Origin: an uncultured Gammaproteobacteria bacterium
Lineage (GTDB): Bacteria; Pseudomonadota; Gammaproteobacteria; Competibacterales; JAHEDQ01
Length of the DNA stretch: 64,000 bases
Direction of reading: 5' to 3'
NCBI GenBank assembly: GCA_963783675.1
Contig: CAWAOU010000018.1
Location: forward strand, 114,627 to 178,626
Numbering within the stretch: the first letter of the stretch is position 1; every line of letters begins with the position of its first letter. Below the pieces are notes generated by a model that had not been told where the DNA came from, ran no database searches, and saw only the letters and a program-made list of their open reading frames with translations. This document shows positions 20,161 through 30,442 of this stretch, piece by piece. Both the position numbers and the translations under genes were made by a program.

Positions 20161-21151
20161 TCAAACCACGAGTGGCGGTTCGTCCATGGCGGCCATCTGC
20201 TCCCGCAGTGCCAGGATCTGCTCTTCCCAGTAACGGGCCGAATCAAACCAGGGAAATGCACGGGGGAACGCCGGGTCTTCCCAACGCCGAGCCAGCCAGG
20301 CCGAATAGTTGAGCATGCGCAGACTGCGCAAGGCCTCGGTCAGATTCAGTTCCCGTCGATCAAACTCGCGAAACTGCTCATAGCCATCGATCAGCGTACC
20401 CAGTTGCCGGGTCTGATTACCCCGGTCCCCGGCCAACAGCATCCAGAGATCCTGCACCGCTGGACCGTTAAAGCTGTCGTCCAGATCGACAAAATGCGGG
20501 CCGGACTCAGTCCAGAGAATATTCCCGGGATGGCAGTCACCGTGAGTTCGCAGCGAGTGTAGTCGACCGGCTGCATCGAAGCGCGCCTGAACCCGGAGCA
20601 TGACATCCCGGGCGACACCTTCGTACACCGGGCCCAGTTCGGGCGGCATCCGGTCCAGCGACAAGAGATGTGAAATGGCGTCTTCTCCCAGCGCAATCGG
20701 ATCAAAGCTCGGTCGGTGCTGGTAGCGGCTCAAGGCGCCGATGTTGTGGATACGGGCCAGCAGGCGGCCCATGGTCTCAAGCGTGTCATCCAGATCAAGT
20801 TCGGGTGCCCGCCCCCCACCCGTGGATAGATGGCGAATCGAAATCCCTGATGACTGCCGAAGGGTATTTCCACGCTCATCGGGTAGTGGCGGCCACCACG
20901 GGGATTTCCTCCCCGGCCAGCTCCGTGCTGAAGGCATGTTCCTCCGAAATAGCCGCGTCGGACCAACGCTCCGGCCGGTAGAATTTCGCAACCACCGGTG
21001 TCTGATCCTCTACGCCAACCTGGTAAACCCGATTTTCGTAACTGTTTAAGGCCAGTAGCCGTCCGTCACAAGGCAATCCGCTGGCCTCAACGGCATCCAG
21101 GACTGTCTCCGGCCCCAGCGCATAGAAATCTCCGGTATCGCCTGTTTTCAC
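20161..21151 (-). pseudogene. srkA: Stress-response Ser/Thr kinase SrkA (YihE/RdoA) interrupted by two frameshifts
   Basis: Homology runs through three frames. Frame 1 is 21151-20876 (FYRPERWS...EEIPVVAATTR*). Frame 2 is about 20885-20815 (HQGFRFAIYPRVGG). Frame 3 is 20815-20161 (RAPELDLDD...HGDCHPGNILW...FVDLDD...PAVQDLWML). All align collinearly with E. coli YihE. Confidence 0.8.
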
Positions 21152-21157
21152 CCGTCG

Positions 21158-22003
21158 GTGCTCGCTAGCTACTCAGAACCAGCCTGGAGTCTAACGGGTT
21201 TCCTCCTTGAGCGGACGACTGCTGTGTCGGTTCCCTGCGATCCTCGCCGCCATCCGAGGGAACACAAACCGCAGGGACTCCTGGATCCCTCTTGGCGCTG
21301 CCGAGTATCTCAGCCGGACGCGGAGACAATCGAGCGTCTTTTCGCCTCGGTCTGTCCGTCTACGCCGGATGCGCTCAGCGCCCGGCTCTCGGAACATCCC
21401 GCTCTGGGCATGCCCTATGGCCTGCCGGCCCTGGGGGAACAGGCCTTCACCACTTTGGAAGCCTGGATTGCCGCCGGCGCGCCAGGCACCAGCGCGGAGC
21501 AATTACAGAAGGCGCGGACCGTCTCTGACGCCACAGCCGTGGCTGCATGGGAGGCCTTTTTCAATAGCCCTGACAAGCGCCAACAGCTGGTTGCCCGCTA
21601 CATATTCGAGCACGTCTTTCTTGCCACCATCACACTCGAGGAAAGTCCCGGTGATCGCTTTCGCCTGGTCCGCTCAACTACCCCGCCGCCGAAACTGGTC
21701 ACGGGAGAGGACGGGGCTGCAAGCCTGGAAACGGGGCCTATCAAGGTCATCGCCACCGACCTTCCCTATGACGATCCCTACAGCTACGCCGGTGTAGCGC
21801 GCTTCTGGTATCGCCTGGAGAAGATCACCGAGCCACCAGTGCAGAAAAATCTGTGGCTCTGGCGGCTGGGGCTCGACGATATCGAGCACCTCGCCGAGTT
21901 GTTCTTGTCCCGCGAACGGGCGCCGGACGCCGATCTGGATCCGCAATGTGGCACTCGCCGAAGGCTATGTCATCACCCGAGTTTATCCCAAAGAGGGCAA
22001 TGA
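21158..22003 (+). pseudogene. Fragment of fatty acid cis/trans isomerase (CTI), truncated at both ends
   Basis: From about 21340 to 21930 the ORF matches CTI blocks (GMPYGLPALGEQAFTTLEAWIAAGAP; LVARYIFEHVFLATI; RFRLVRSTTPP; VIATDLPYDDP; FWYRLEKI). No signal peptide or CXXCH motif is present, and only about 200 of roughly 760 expected residues remain. Confidence 0.6.
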
Positions 22004-23064
22004 GAGGTTCTGGGAAATGAGCAGGTTCTGGGATTCGACTATCGGACAAACGCGACCCAGTGGCCCACAGTGAGAGAGGCCATCGAGAAAGAGCAGACGC
22101 AGGCGGCTGGACCGGTTGACCTGGTTCAGGGTGGGGTGGGCGTAATCACCCGGACACCGATCTACATACCAGACCCCAAACGACCCGGGGAGCGGCTCTA
22201 CTGGGGCTTGTCCAGTGTCGTGATCGACTTCAACACCATCCTTGACGAGGCGGGTCTGCCGGACGCGGAGTCGAACTACCGCATTGCCATTCGGGGCAGA
22301 GATGGCCTGGGGGCCGAGGGCGGAGTGCGCTGGGGCGACCCGGAGTTGTTTCAGGCAAAGCCCGTGACCATGTCCGTAAGTTTTCCCAACGGCAGCTGGC
22401 AACTGGCGGCCGCCCCGAAAGGAAGGCTTTATCAACACAACGACGCGAAGTGAATCGCACCGGCGCGACCCCCATCGCCCTGTCGCTGAGCGCGCTTACT
22501 CTGGTCATGATCCGGGACAGTCGCAGGCTTCGCCACATGGCACTGCATGACCCGCTAACCGGGCTTCCAAACCGGCTCTTCCTGGAGCGTCAACTGACTC
22601 ACACCATTGCCCATGCGCGGCGTCATCAACGTCTGTTCGCGCTGGCCGTTCTGGACCTGAACGGTTTCAAACCGGTGAACGATACCTACGGCCATCTGGC
22701 GGGCGACTCCGTGCTGATCGAAACCGCCAGAAGGATCCAGAAACGAATTCGTCAGGAAGATACCCTGGCGCGCACCGGGGGCGATGAATTCACCCTGTTG
22801 TTGACCGAAATCAACGAACCGACGGATGCGGTCAGCGTCGCCAAGACGCTGGCCTCAGCCATCCGCCAGCCATTTGATTGGGACGGAGCCCAGATCACCC
22901 TGGCGGTGAGCGTCGGCATCGCCATCTATCCGAATCACGGGGATGACCTGAACGGACTGTTCCAACACGCCGACCTGGCCATGTATCAGGCAAAAGACAC
23001 CGCCAACAGCGATTGGACCATCGCCGAGCCCGATCCCGGCAGGATGGATGCCCGACCCCAGTAA
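21939..23064 (+). pseudogene. CHASE-domain diguanylate cyclase (GGDEF), 5'-truncated and frame-disrupted
   Basis: CHASE sequence IRNVALAEGYVITRVYPKEGNE lies in frame 0. It continues as NEQVLGFDYRTN...PVDLVQGGVGVITRTPIYI...FPNGSWQLAAAP in ORF 22070..22453. The TM helix plus GGDEF domain (ORF 22450..23064: DPLTGLPNR...GGDEFTLLL) follows in a third frame. Confidence 0.7.
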
Positions 23065-23100
23065 AATGCTCGGATCGGGCGTGGGCGGTTGGATGCTCCG

Positions 23101-26100
23101 CTACTGTGAATCCGGCTCTAGTACTCGACGCCGGGCCGCGTAGTACATCACCGGGATGACCAGCAGGGTCAAAACTGTAGACACCAGGATGCCGAATATC
23201 AGCGATACCGCGAGGCCACTGAAGATGGGGTCGTCGAGGATAAAAAACGCCCCCAGCATGGCCGCCAGCCCGGTGAGTACGATGGGCTTGGCGCGAACCG
23301 CGCCGGAACGTATCACCGCCTCCTGAAACGGTATGCCCTCGGCGACCTGTTGATTGATGAAATCCACCAGCAGTATCGAGTTCCGCACGATGATGCCGGC
23401 CAGGGCGATCATTCCGATCATGGAGGTGGCGGTGAACTGGGCTCCGGTGAGTGCATGCCCCGGCATCACACCGATGATGGTCATGGGGATCGGCGCCATG
23501 ATGATCAAAGGCACCAGGTAGGATTTGAACTGCGCGACCACCAGCAGGTAGATCAGCACCAGACCCACCGAGTAGGCGATGCCCATGTCGCGGAATGTGT
23601 CATAGGTAATCTGCCACTCGCCGTCCCACTTCATGCTGTAGGTGTAGGGATTGTCGGGTTGACTGATCAAGTACTGATCGATCGGGCCATCTCCTTCCAT
23701 ATCGATCTCATGGAGGGCGCCCGCAATCTCATACATGCCGTACAACGGGCTGTCCAGGTCTCCGGCCATATCTGCGATGACGAACACAACCGGGAGCAGA
23801 TCCTTGTGATATATGGCGTTTTCGCGGGGTTTGAACTCGGCCTCCGCTATTTCGACCAGCGGGATCAGCGCCCCACTGGCACTGGGCAGCTGCAGGGCGT
23901 GAAACGCATTGAGATCGGCTTTGTCGGCGGCTGAAAACTCAAGCCGAATCGGAATCGGGTACTTGACGTTCGCCCCGTGCAGATAGCCCACGTCGTCGCC
24001 CCTCAGGGCGGTGGACACCGCCTGAGCGACACTGTGCTGGGACACCCCCAACTCGGATGCCCGTTGGCGGTCTACCTTGACTACGATCCGGCGTGAGGGT
24101 GTTTCCACCGAATCATCCACGTCAACGATATCCGCAGTGCCCTCGAAAACAGCGCGAACGGAACGCGCCACCCGGATCTGGCCCTGGTAATCCAGGCCGT
24201 AGACCTCCGCCACCAGCGGTGACATGACCGGGGGACCCGGCGGTACCTCCACCACCTTCACGTTTGCGTTCAGCCGCCGGGCGATGGGCTGAAGCGCGTC
24301 CCGCACCGCGCGGGCGATTTCGTGACTCTTGCGCTCGCGCAGTTTCTTGTCCACCAGGTTGACCTGTATGTCACCCACATTCGCGCCCTCACGCAAATAA
24401 TACTGGCGTACCAGGCCGTTGAAGTTGATGGGGGCGGCGGTCCCGGCGTAGACCTGATAATCCGTTACTTCTGGCAGTTCTGCGATGCGGGCGGCCAACT
24501 CGCTGAGCACCCGGGCCGTGTGTTCGACGGTTGTGCCCTCGGGCATGTCCACCACCACCTGGAACTCGGACTTATTGTCGAATGGCAGCATCTTCAAGAC
24601 CACGAACTGGAAATAGACCAGACTCAGGGATCCGACGATCAGCACCAGCACCACCACGCCCAGAGCAAAGCGCATGGGGATGCCTTTTCGACCGCGGAGA
24701 AAGGGGCCAATCAGCGCGCCGAAGAACCGCTCAAGCTTGGGATTTGCCGGAGCCGAATTTGCATTATCCCCATGCTTTTCCACCACGTTGCGGATCACCT
24801 TGTAAGTCAGCCACGGGGTCAACACAAAGGCCACAATCAACGAAATCAGCATGCCGGCGCTGGCGTTGATGGGTATAGGACTCATGTACGGACCCATCAA
24901 TCCGCTGACGAAGGCCATGGGCAGCAGCGCGGCGATCACGGTAAACGTAGCCAGAATTGTGGGGCCGCCCACCTCATCCACGGCGATGGGAATGGCCTCG
25001 CGCAGGGATTTACCACCCATTTGCACATGCCGGTGGATGTTCTCCACCACCACGATGGCATCGTCGACCAGGATGCCGATGGAGAAAATAAGGGCGAACA
25101 GAGACACCCGATTCAGGGTAAAACCCCATGCCCAGGAGGCAAACAGCGTGATGGTGAGGGTAATGACCACGGCGGCGCCGACGATCAGCGACTCGCGCCA
25201 TCCCAGCGCCAGCCAGACCAGCAACACCACCGAGGCGGTGGCAAAAACAAGCTTCTTGATCAGAGTTTTGGCCTTGTCATCGGCGGTCGCGCCGTAGTCC
25301 CGTGTCAGGGTCACCTCAACCCCATCCGGAATGACAATGCCCTTCAGTTGCTCGACCCGCTTGCTGACCTTGCGGGCGATCTGAACCGCGTTTTCACCGG
25401 GTTTCTTGGCAACGGCGACGGTCACCGCCGGAAACTCGCCCCGCGCGGAAATCCCTTTGACGCCGGCTTCGGGGCCAGTACCCATCCAGACATATTGCTC
25501 GGGTTGATCCGGTCCCTGACGCAGATCGGCCACGTCCTCCAGGTACACGGGCGTGCCGTTGTGCAGACCCACCACAAGCCCACCCACATCTTCGGGGGTC
25601 AGCAAGAAAGTCCCGGCCTGGACCGGGATCTCAGTGTTGTCCCGCACCGTGGCGCCGGCGTCAACCGAGGTGTTGGCAGAGCGCAGGGCTGTGCGTAACT
25701 CGTTCACCGAAAGCCCGAATCCGGCCATACGCTGAGGGTCCAGCAACACATGGACGACATGATCCGGACCGCCGATGGTGTAGATGTCCCGGGTACCCGG
25801 CACCCGTTTCAGCTCCGCCTCGATGGCATGCGCCACCTGGGCCAGCTCAAACGCGCCGCGCTTGGGGTCTTCGGTCCATAGGGTAAGGGTCACGATGGGG
25901 ACATCGTCGATACCCTTGGGCTTGATAATGGCCTGACCCACACCCAGGTTTGCCGGCAGCCAGTCCTGGTTGGAAAACACCTGGTTGTACAGACGTACGA
26001 TGGCATCGGTTCGACTCTCGCCCACCTTGTACTGAACCGTGAGCACCGACATACCGGGTCGCGAGACCGAGTAAATGTGATCTATGCCCTCGATCTCCGA

Positions 26101-26337
26101 CAGGACCTGTTCCGCTGGGGTGCTGACCAACTGCTCCACCTCCTCCGCCGTGGCGCCGGCGAAGGGGATGAACACATTGGCGAAGGTGACGTCGATCTGA
26201 GGTTCTTCCTCGCGCGGTGTCACCAGAACCGCGAACACGCCCATGAGCAAGCCCACCAGCGCCAGCAAAGGGGTGATTTCCGACACCAGAAAAGTACGCG
26301 CGATGGTGCCGGAAACACCCAGTCTGCTTGTACTCAC
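23101..26337 (-). CDS. RND efflux transporter permease (AcrB/AcrD/AcrF family)
   Basis: 1078 aa, 12-TM RND topology with two large periplasmic loops. Typical blocks IFSIGILVDDAIVVVENI and ALAGIIVRNSILLVDF. Confidence 0.95.
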   Translation of the reverse strand: MSTSRLGVSGTIARTFLVSEITPLLALVGLLMGVFAVLVTPREEEPQIDVTFANVFIPFAGATAEEVEQLVSTPAEQVLSEIEGIDHIYSVSRPGMSVLTVQYKVGESRTDAIVRLYNQVFSNQDWLPANLGVGQAIIKPKGIDDVPIVTLTLWTEDPKRGAFELAQVAHAIEAELKRVPGTRDIYTIGGPDHVVHVLLDPQRMAGFGLSVNELRTALRSANTSVDAGATVRDNTEIPVQAGTFLLTPEDVGGLVVGLHNGTPVYLEDVADLRQGPDQPEQYVWMGTGPEAGVKGISARGEFPAVTVAVAKKPGENAVQIARKVSKRVEQLKGIVIPDGVEVTLTRDYGATADDKAKTLIKKLVFATASVVLLVWLALGWRESLIVGAAVVITLTITLFASWAWGFTLNRVSLFALIFSIGILVDDAIVVVENIHRHVQMGGKSLREAIPIAVDEVGGPTILATFTVIAALLPMAFVSGLMGPYMSPIPINASAGMLISLIVAFVLTPWLTYKVIRNVVEKHGDNANSAPANPKLERFFGALIGPFLRGRKGIPMRFALGVVVLVLIVGSLSLVYFQFVVLKMLPFDNKSEFQVVVDMPEGTTVEHTARVLSELAARIAELPEVTDYQVYAGTAAPINFNGLVRQYYLREGANVGDIQVNLVDKKLRERKSHEIARAVRDALQPIARRLNANVKVVEVPPGPPVMSPLVAEVYGLDYQGQIRVARSVRAVFEGTADIVDVDDSVETPSRRIVVKVDRQRASELGVSQHSVAQAVSTALRGDDVGYLHGANVKYPIPIRLEFSAADKADLNAFHALQLPSASGALIPLVEIAEAEFKPRENAIYHKDLLPVVFVIADMAGDLDSPLYGMYEIAGALHEIDMEGDGPIDQYLISQPDNPYTYSMKWDGEWQITYDTFRDMGIAYSVGLVLIYLLVVAQFKSYLVPLIIMAPIPMTIIGVMPGHALTGAQFTATSMIGMIALAGIIVRNSILLVDFINQQVAEGIPFQEAVIRSGAVRAKPIVLTGLAAMLGAFFILDDPIFSGLAVSLIFGILVSTVLTLLVIPVMYYAARRRVLEPDSQ

Positions 26338-27404
26338 GGCGCCCCCTCCCGCTGCGCTTTGAGCGCGATACCCGCCTGAATCGGGTCAAGCGCAACCCGC
26401 TCGCCCGCCTGAAGTCCAGCCAACACCTCAATGGACTCGCTCCCGGTGCGGCCGACCCTCACCTGCCGCAACACGATTCGGCCGGCATCGCCCACCACAT
26501 ACACACCGGTCACCTCGCTGCGCCGGACAACCGCCGCTTTGGGCACCAGCATTCGCTGGTCCTCACCGACCACGAAGCCGATCTTGGCGAACATGCCGGG
26601 AAAGACACCCGGCACACCGGCCGGCAGATACGCCCGCACCTTAAACGTGCCGCTTTGCGGGTCGGCATAGGGAAAGATCGTCAACTCAAGTGCCAAGGTA
26701 CCCCCAGGCTCCGCGGGATCGATCCAGACCCTTGCCTGGTCATGCCGCCGCACCGATTCAATCAGCCGTTGCGGCACATCGGCAAGGATGCGCAGCTCTT
26801 CCAGGGACACCCCGCTCAGGAGAGATTGACCGGGCTGCACAGCTTCGCCCAGCTGCACGTGACGTCCCAGGACGATGCCGCTGTAGGGCGCCCTGACCAG
26901 GGTGTACGCCAACTGCTGCTCGGTCCGGTCCAGCACGGCTGCTGTCGCTTCCAACCGGGCCTGAGCGGATTTCAGCTCGGCCTGTGCCGAATCCAGGGCC
27001 GATTTCGCCACCAGACCCCGATCGAACACCTGTTGAATCCGGCCGAACTCGGCCTGCGCCTGCTCTAGACGTGCCTGAGCCTCGGCCCGATTGGCTTCGG
27101 CCTGCTCCATGGCTGCACGCTGTTCACCATCCACCAGGCGAACGATGACCGAGCCCTTCTCCACGTAGTCGTTTACGTCGAACAGGATTTCCTGAACCCG
27201 GCCCGCGGTTTGAGCCGAGACCGTACTCTGATTCACCGCCTCCACCACCCCGTCGGCAACGAATTCACGCACCACCGTCTGATAGTCGACGGTAGCCGTT
27301 TCCAGCGCCGGCTGCGCCACGGCCCCGTGTGCCACACACAAGAGCAGCGCTGCGCCAACTGACCGCAACTCAAAGCACTTACTTCGCCTCATAGGCCGCT
27401 CCAA
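26334..27404 (-). CDS. RND efflux periplasmic adaptor (membrane fusion protein)
   Basis: 356 aa with a signal peptide, a coiled-coil hairpin (AEAQARLEQAQAEFGR...AQAELKSAQARLE) and a beta-barrel domain. 4-nt overlap with the permease gene. Confidence 0.9.
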   Translation of the reverse strand: MERPMRRSKCFELRSVGAALLLCVAHGAVAQPALETATVDYQTVVREFVADGVVEAVNQSTVSAQTAGRVQEILFDVNDYVEKGSVIVRLVDGEQRAAMEQAEANRAEAQARLEQAQAEFGRIQQVFDRGLVAKSALDSAQAELKSAQARLEATAAVLDRTEQQLAYTLVRAPYSGIVLGRHVQLGEAVQPGQSLLSGVSLEELRILADVPQRLIESVRRHDQARVWIDPAEPGGTLALELTIFPYADPQSGTFKVRAYLPAGVPGVFPGMFAKIGFVVGEDQRMLVPKAAVVRRSEVTGVYVVGDAGRIVLRQVRVGRTGSESIEVLAGLQAGERVALDPIQAGIALKAQREGAP

Positions 27405-27427
27405 AGGTTTGTTCGCTTGACTATCGA

Positions 27428-27451
27428 ATATATTAGATAATTCTAATATAT
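27428..27451. promoter_or_regulatory. Perfect 10-bp inverted repeat (candidate operator) upstream of the RND operon
   Basis: ATATATTAGA-taat-TCTAATATAT in an AT-rich island 24 bp upstream of the adaptor gene start. Confidence 0.4.
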
Positions 27452-27738
27452 GTGCACCGACACCGGCAAACCTGAATCAAGGAATGGCGGGATCCCCGTC
27501 GAACCCAGTGTGTTCACGAGCAGAGATCAGTGGCGCCTCTATAGACCAATCCGGGGCGCCTGCCCGGTCAACAGCATGCTGGTTGGCGAACCTGTTGCAG
27601 TCGGAGACAGCGCAGCAGCTTGCGACGATTGCCCGTCTCGGCCGGGACCCAGGGCACCTGCCCCGACTGTATGCCGGGTACGGGAATCCAATGTGCGAGA
27701 CGGGGCCCAGGCATAGACCGGACTGCACCCGGAAACGT

Positions 27739-28899
27739 CTACTCGGTCCGTTTAAACATTGCCATCAAAGTCTGCCTGGGTAACGGATCCATATTCATGA
27801 CCTGGATCAGATCGGTCACCTGATCCGGGTCCGAAATCCCCACCAGCGTTGTTCCGATACCGGGGGTGGAACGGTTGAACTGCAGCGCACGCTGGACCGG
27901 CGAAAGTGCCGGCAATGCCGCCTCCAGAGTCTCGGCTGACCGTTTGGCCAAGTGGCCTTTGAGCAGCGTGTGACTGGCCAGCAGATACAGCTTGAGCTGA
28001 TGCGCCGCCTGCACGGTGCTGGCCACATTGCCCTGCCCGGTGGCTTGATTGAAGCGGCTGAAACCTTCCAGCATGACCTGGTTGTAAGGCATCGACACCA
28101 ACTTGAGATGGTGCCGCGCCTGGGCACGGCCCTCGACCGCCTGGACAGCCTTTTCGGCCAGGCCCAACAGCGAGGCCAAGGATTGAAACAGGAGGTGATC
28201 CGTTTCCACCCGGAAACCGTCGAAGGTGCTTATGCCGTAGCAACGCAGACGGCCATCGCGAACAGCACGCTCAAGCAGGATAAAGACCTGCAGCAATTTC
28301 CGGTTCAGAGCCTCCTTGCCGATACCTGCGATGTGCACCTCGGGTTGGTCCACCAAAAATGCGTCCAGGGTGTCGATCCCCATCAAAGTTCGGGACAATT
28401 CCAACTGATAATTGATGTAGGCCGGGCTGATCAGGTGAGACATACCGGCGAGGTCATCCCGCGTACCCAGCCCCTGGGCGACGATCTCGCGTTCAAACCA
28501 AAGCTCCGGATCATCAGGCCGACCGCCGCGCCAGGACAGAAACCCACCCTTGGACACCAGGAACATGGCCGCCCGTGGCACACCCGCTTCCACCGCAGCA
28601 CGCACCCCCGCCCCCACCGCCGCCAGAGCCCGCCCATAGCGATAGTGCGCCGCGGTATCGACCACATTGATGCCGGACTGCAGCGCTCGAGTCACGGCGC
28701 CGGCCACCTGGGCGTCGGCAGCGGGACTGGCCGCGCCCGGAAAGGTCCCGACCCCAATCGAGCTGAGACGGATCCGGGTGCGCAGGAAATCGCTGTAATG
28801 ACCCGCACCCGCATGGGCGGCATGGATCGCGGCATAAGCCCGGGTAGCCTCAGGCGTCGCACTGCCGGCAAGGCGCCGGTGGCCGCTTTTCAGAGTCAA
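27739..28899 (-). CDS. Aldo/keto reductase family oxidoreductase
   Basis: 386 aa. AKR blocks (INVVDTAAHYRYGR; LVSKGG; YGISTF). Confidence 0.75.
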   Translation of the reverse strand: MTLKSGHRRLAGSATPEATRAYAAIHAAHAGAGHYSDFLRTRIRLSSIGVGTFPGAASPAADAQVAGAVTRALQSGINVVDTAAHYRYGRALAAVGAGVRAAVEAGVPRAAMFLVSKGGFLSWRGGRPDDPELWFEREIVAQGLGTRDDLAGMSHLISPAYINYQLELSRTLMGIDTLDAFLVDQPEVHIAGIGKEALNRKLLQVFILLERAVRDGRLRCYGISTFDGFRVETDHLLFQSLASLLGLAEKAVQAVEGRAQARHHLKLVSMPYNQVMLEGFSRFNQATGQGNVASTVQAAHQLKLYLLASHTLLKGHLAKRSAETLEAALPALSPVQRALQFNRSTPGIGTTLVGISDPDQVTDLIQVMNMDPLPRQTLMAMFKRTE

Positions 28900-30077
28900 C
28901 CCGCGCCTCCAAACAGCGGATGCTGTCGTATGAGCCGCTGCGTCCGATCCAGTACTTCGGGTCTCGCCGGAGCGGCGTTCGGACCGTCCAGCCGACCCGT
29001 AAAAAAGCCGGGAAAGTAATCTTCGTCCTCATCCATATCCCAGTCCACGGCACGCAACAGATCGACCCCGGATCGGGGCAGCGCATTGGGCAGTCTGCGT
29101 CCGGACAGCACAGCCCAGACTCCGGTCCAGCAGCGCGCCAGAGCCAGTGGATGGTAGCCTCCACCCCCGGTCACCAGCAGCCGGGGCGTACCGTGGGCAT
29201 CGGTCGGCGCACCTCGCATGATTTCACGCACCAGTTGCAGAAAGAAGCGGGTGGAAAGCTTGAACTTGCCGAGCGGGTCTGGGGCCAGGGCGTCGGTGCC
29301 GGCCTGGAGCACCACCACGTCCGGTGCCGCGGCAGCCAGCAGCCGTGGCCAGATGCGCCAGAACAGCGTGTGATACTCACTGTCGTTTACCCCCGGTGGC
29401 AGAGGCAGATTGACCGCATTGCCCGATGGCCCGCAGTCCTCGCTCCGACCACCGACAAAGGGATAAGCGTACGCAGGGTCCATATGCACCGAAAAGGTAA
29501 TCACCGCCGGGTCATCTCTGAACGCATATTCGACTCCGTCACCATGATGGGCGTCTATATCCACATACAGAACCCGCAGGCCGGCCTGACGCAAGCGAAA
29601 AATGGCCAGCACCGGGTCGTTGAAAAAGCAAAAGCCCCGGGCCTGATCGGGCATGGCGTGGTGCATCCCGCCGGCCGGATTGAACGCCACCCGTCCTGCG
29701 AGCACCGCTTCCGCGCCCTGAATGCTGCCGCCCGCAGCGGTGGCCGGCGTCGTGAAAAAGCCATCGAAATAGGGGTTTTCGAAATTGCCGATATTGTGCC
29801 GCTGACGATACCGATGCGTGACCTTGCCCAGGGCCTGACAACGCTGCATTGCGGCTATGTATCCTGGCGTGTGAAACCAGGACAGCTCCGCCACTGTGGC
29901 GGCGCGGGCCGGCAGCATTTCGTGGGGCCTCAAAGCGCCATAGGCAACAATCAAATCCTGGGTAAGGGACACCCGTGGAATGGCCAGAGGATGGTTCTCA
30001 CCATAGCTGTGGCGCCGGTACCCGCCCGCGCCGATGAACACGGCCGGTAGCGTGGGTGCCGGGTCCGACAGGTCCAT
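28896..30077 (-). CDS. Histone deacetylase-family protein (AcuC/acetoin-utilisation-type deacetylase)
   Basis: HDAC catalytic blocks (GGMHHAMPDQARGFCFFND; YVDIDAHHGDGVEYAF; GGGGYHP). Start is trimmed to the ATG at 30077 (MDLSDPAP...). 4-nt overlap with the AKR gene. Confidence 0.85.
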   Translation of the reverse strand: MDLSDPAPTLPAVFIGAGGYRRHSYGENHPLAIPRVSLTQDLIVAYGALRPHEMLPARAATVAELSWFHTPGYIAAMQRCQALGKVTHRYRQRHNIGNFENPYFDGFFTTPATAAGGSIQGAEAVLAGRVAFNPAGGMHHAMPDQARGFCFFNDPVLAIFRLRQAGLRVLYVDIDAHHGDGVEYAFRDDPAVITFSVHMDPAYAYPFVGGRSEDCGPSGNAVNLPLPPGVNDSEYHTLFWRIWPRLLAAAAPDVVVLQAGTDALAPDPLGKFKLSTRFFLQLVREIMRGAPTDAHGTPRLLVTGGGGYHPLALARCWTGVWAVLSGRRLPNALPRSGVDLLRAVDWDMDEDEDYFPGFFTGRLDGPNAAPARPEVLDRTQRLIRQHPLFGGAG

Positions 30078-30442
30078 GGCGGGTACTTCAGCCTCGACCA
30101 AGCCTACTCCTCCTGGCCCGTCGGAAAGCGAACCCGGCAAACCGGCGCGAAGGGGCAACCCACCCGTGGGGCCCCGCATCCGGGCGTTGCGACGGCATCA
30201 ATGAATGACTCCCTGGGAACGTACTGACCATGCAGCGGCTCGCGGCGCAACAGCGGACATAACGATACCCGTGGCTGTCCTGCAGCCCGTATCGCGCAAG
30301 TATATAATGTTGCGCTAATATACTGGTTGCGCTCATGTATAGATAGTCGTGCGTCGGTGCCTGTCGCTTTGATCCAACACCCGGATATACTTCCGGACTC
30401 CGCCACCATCTGGGGCGCGTACCGATCTGGGGAGTCCACCCT

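Noticed and set aside
22450-23064. Treating the 204-aa TM-GGDEF ORF as an independent intact gene
   Set aside because: It begins exactly where the CHASE ORF ends in another frame, and CHASE-TM-GGDEF is a standard single-polypeptide architecture. It is more parsimoniously the tail of the disrupted gene, though stand-alone expression cannot be excluded.
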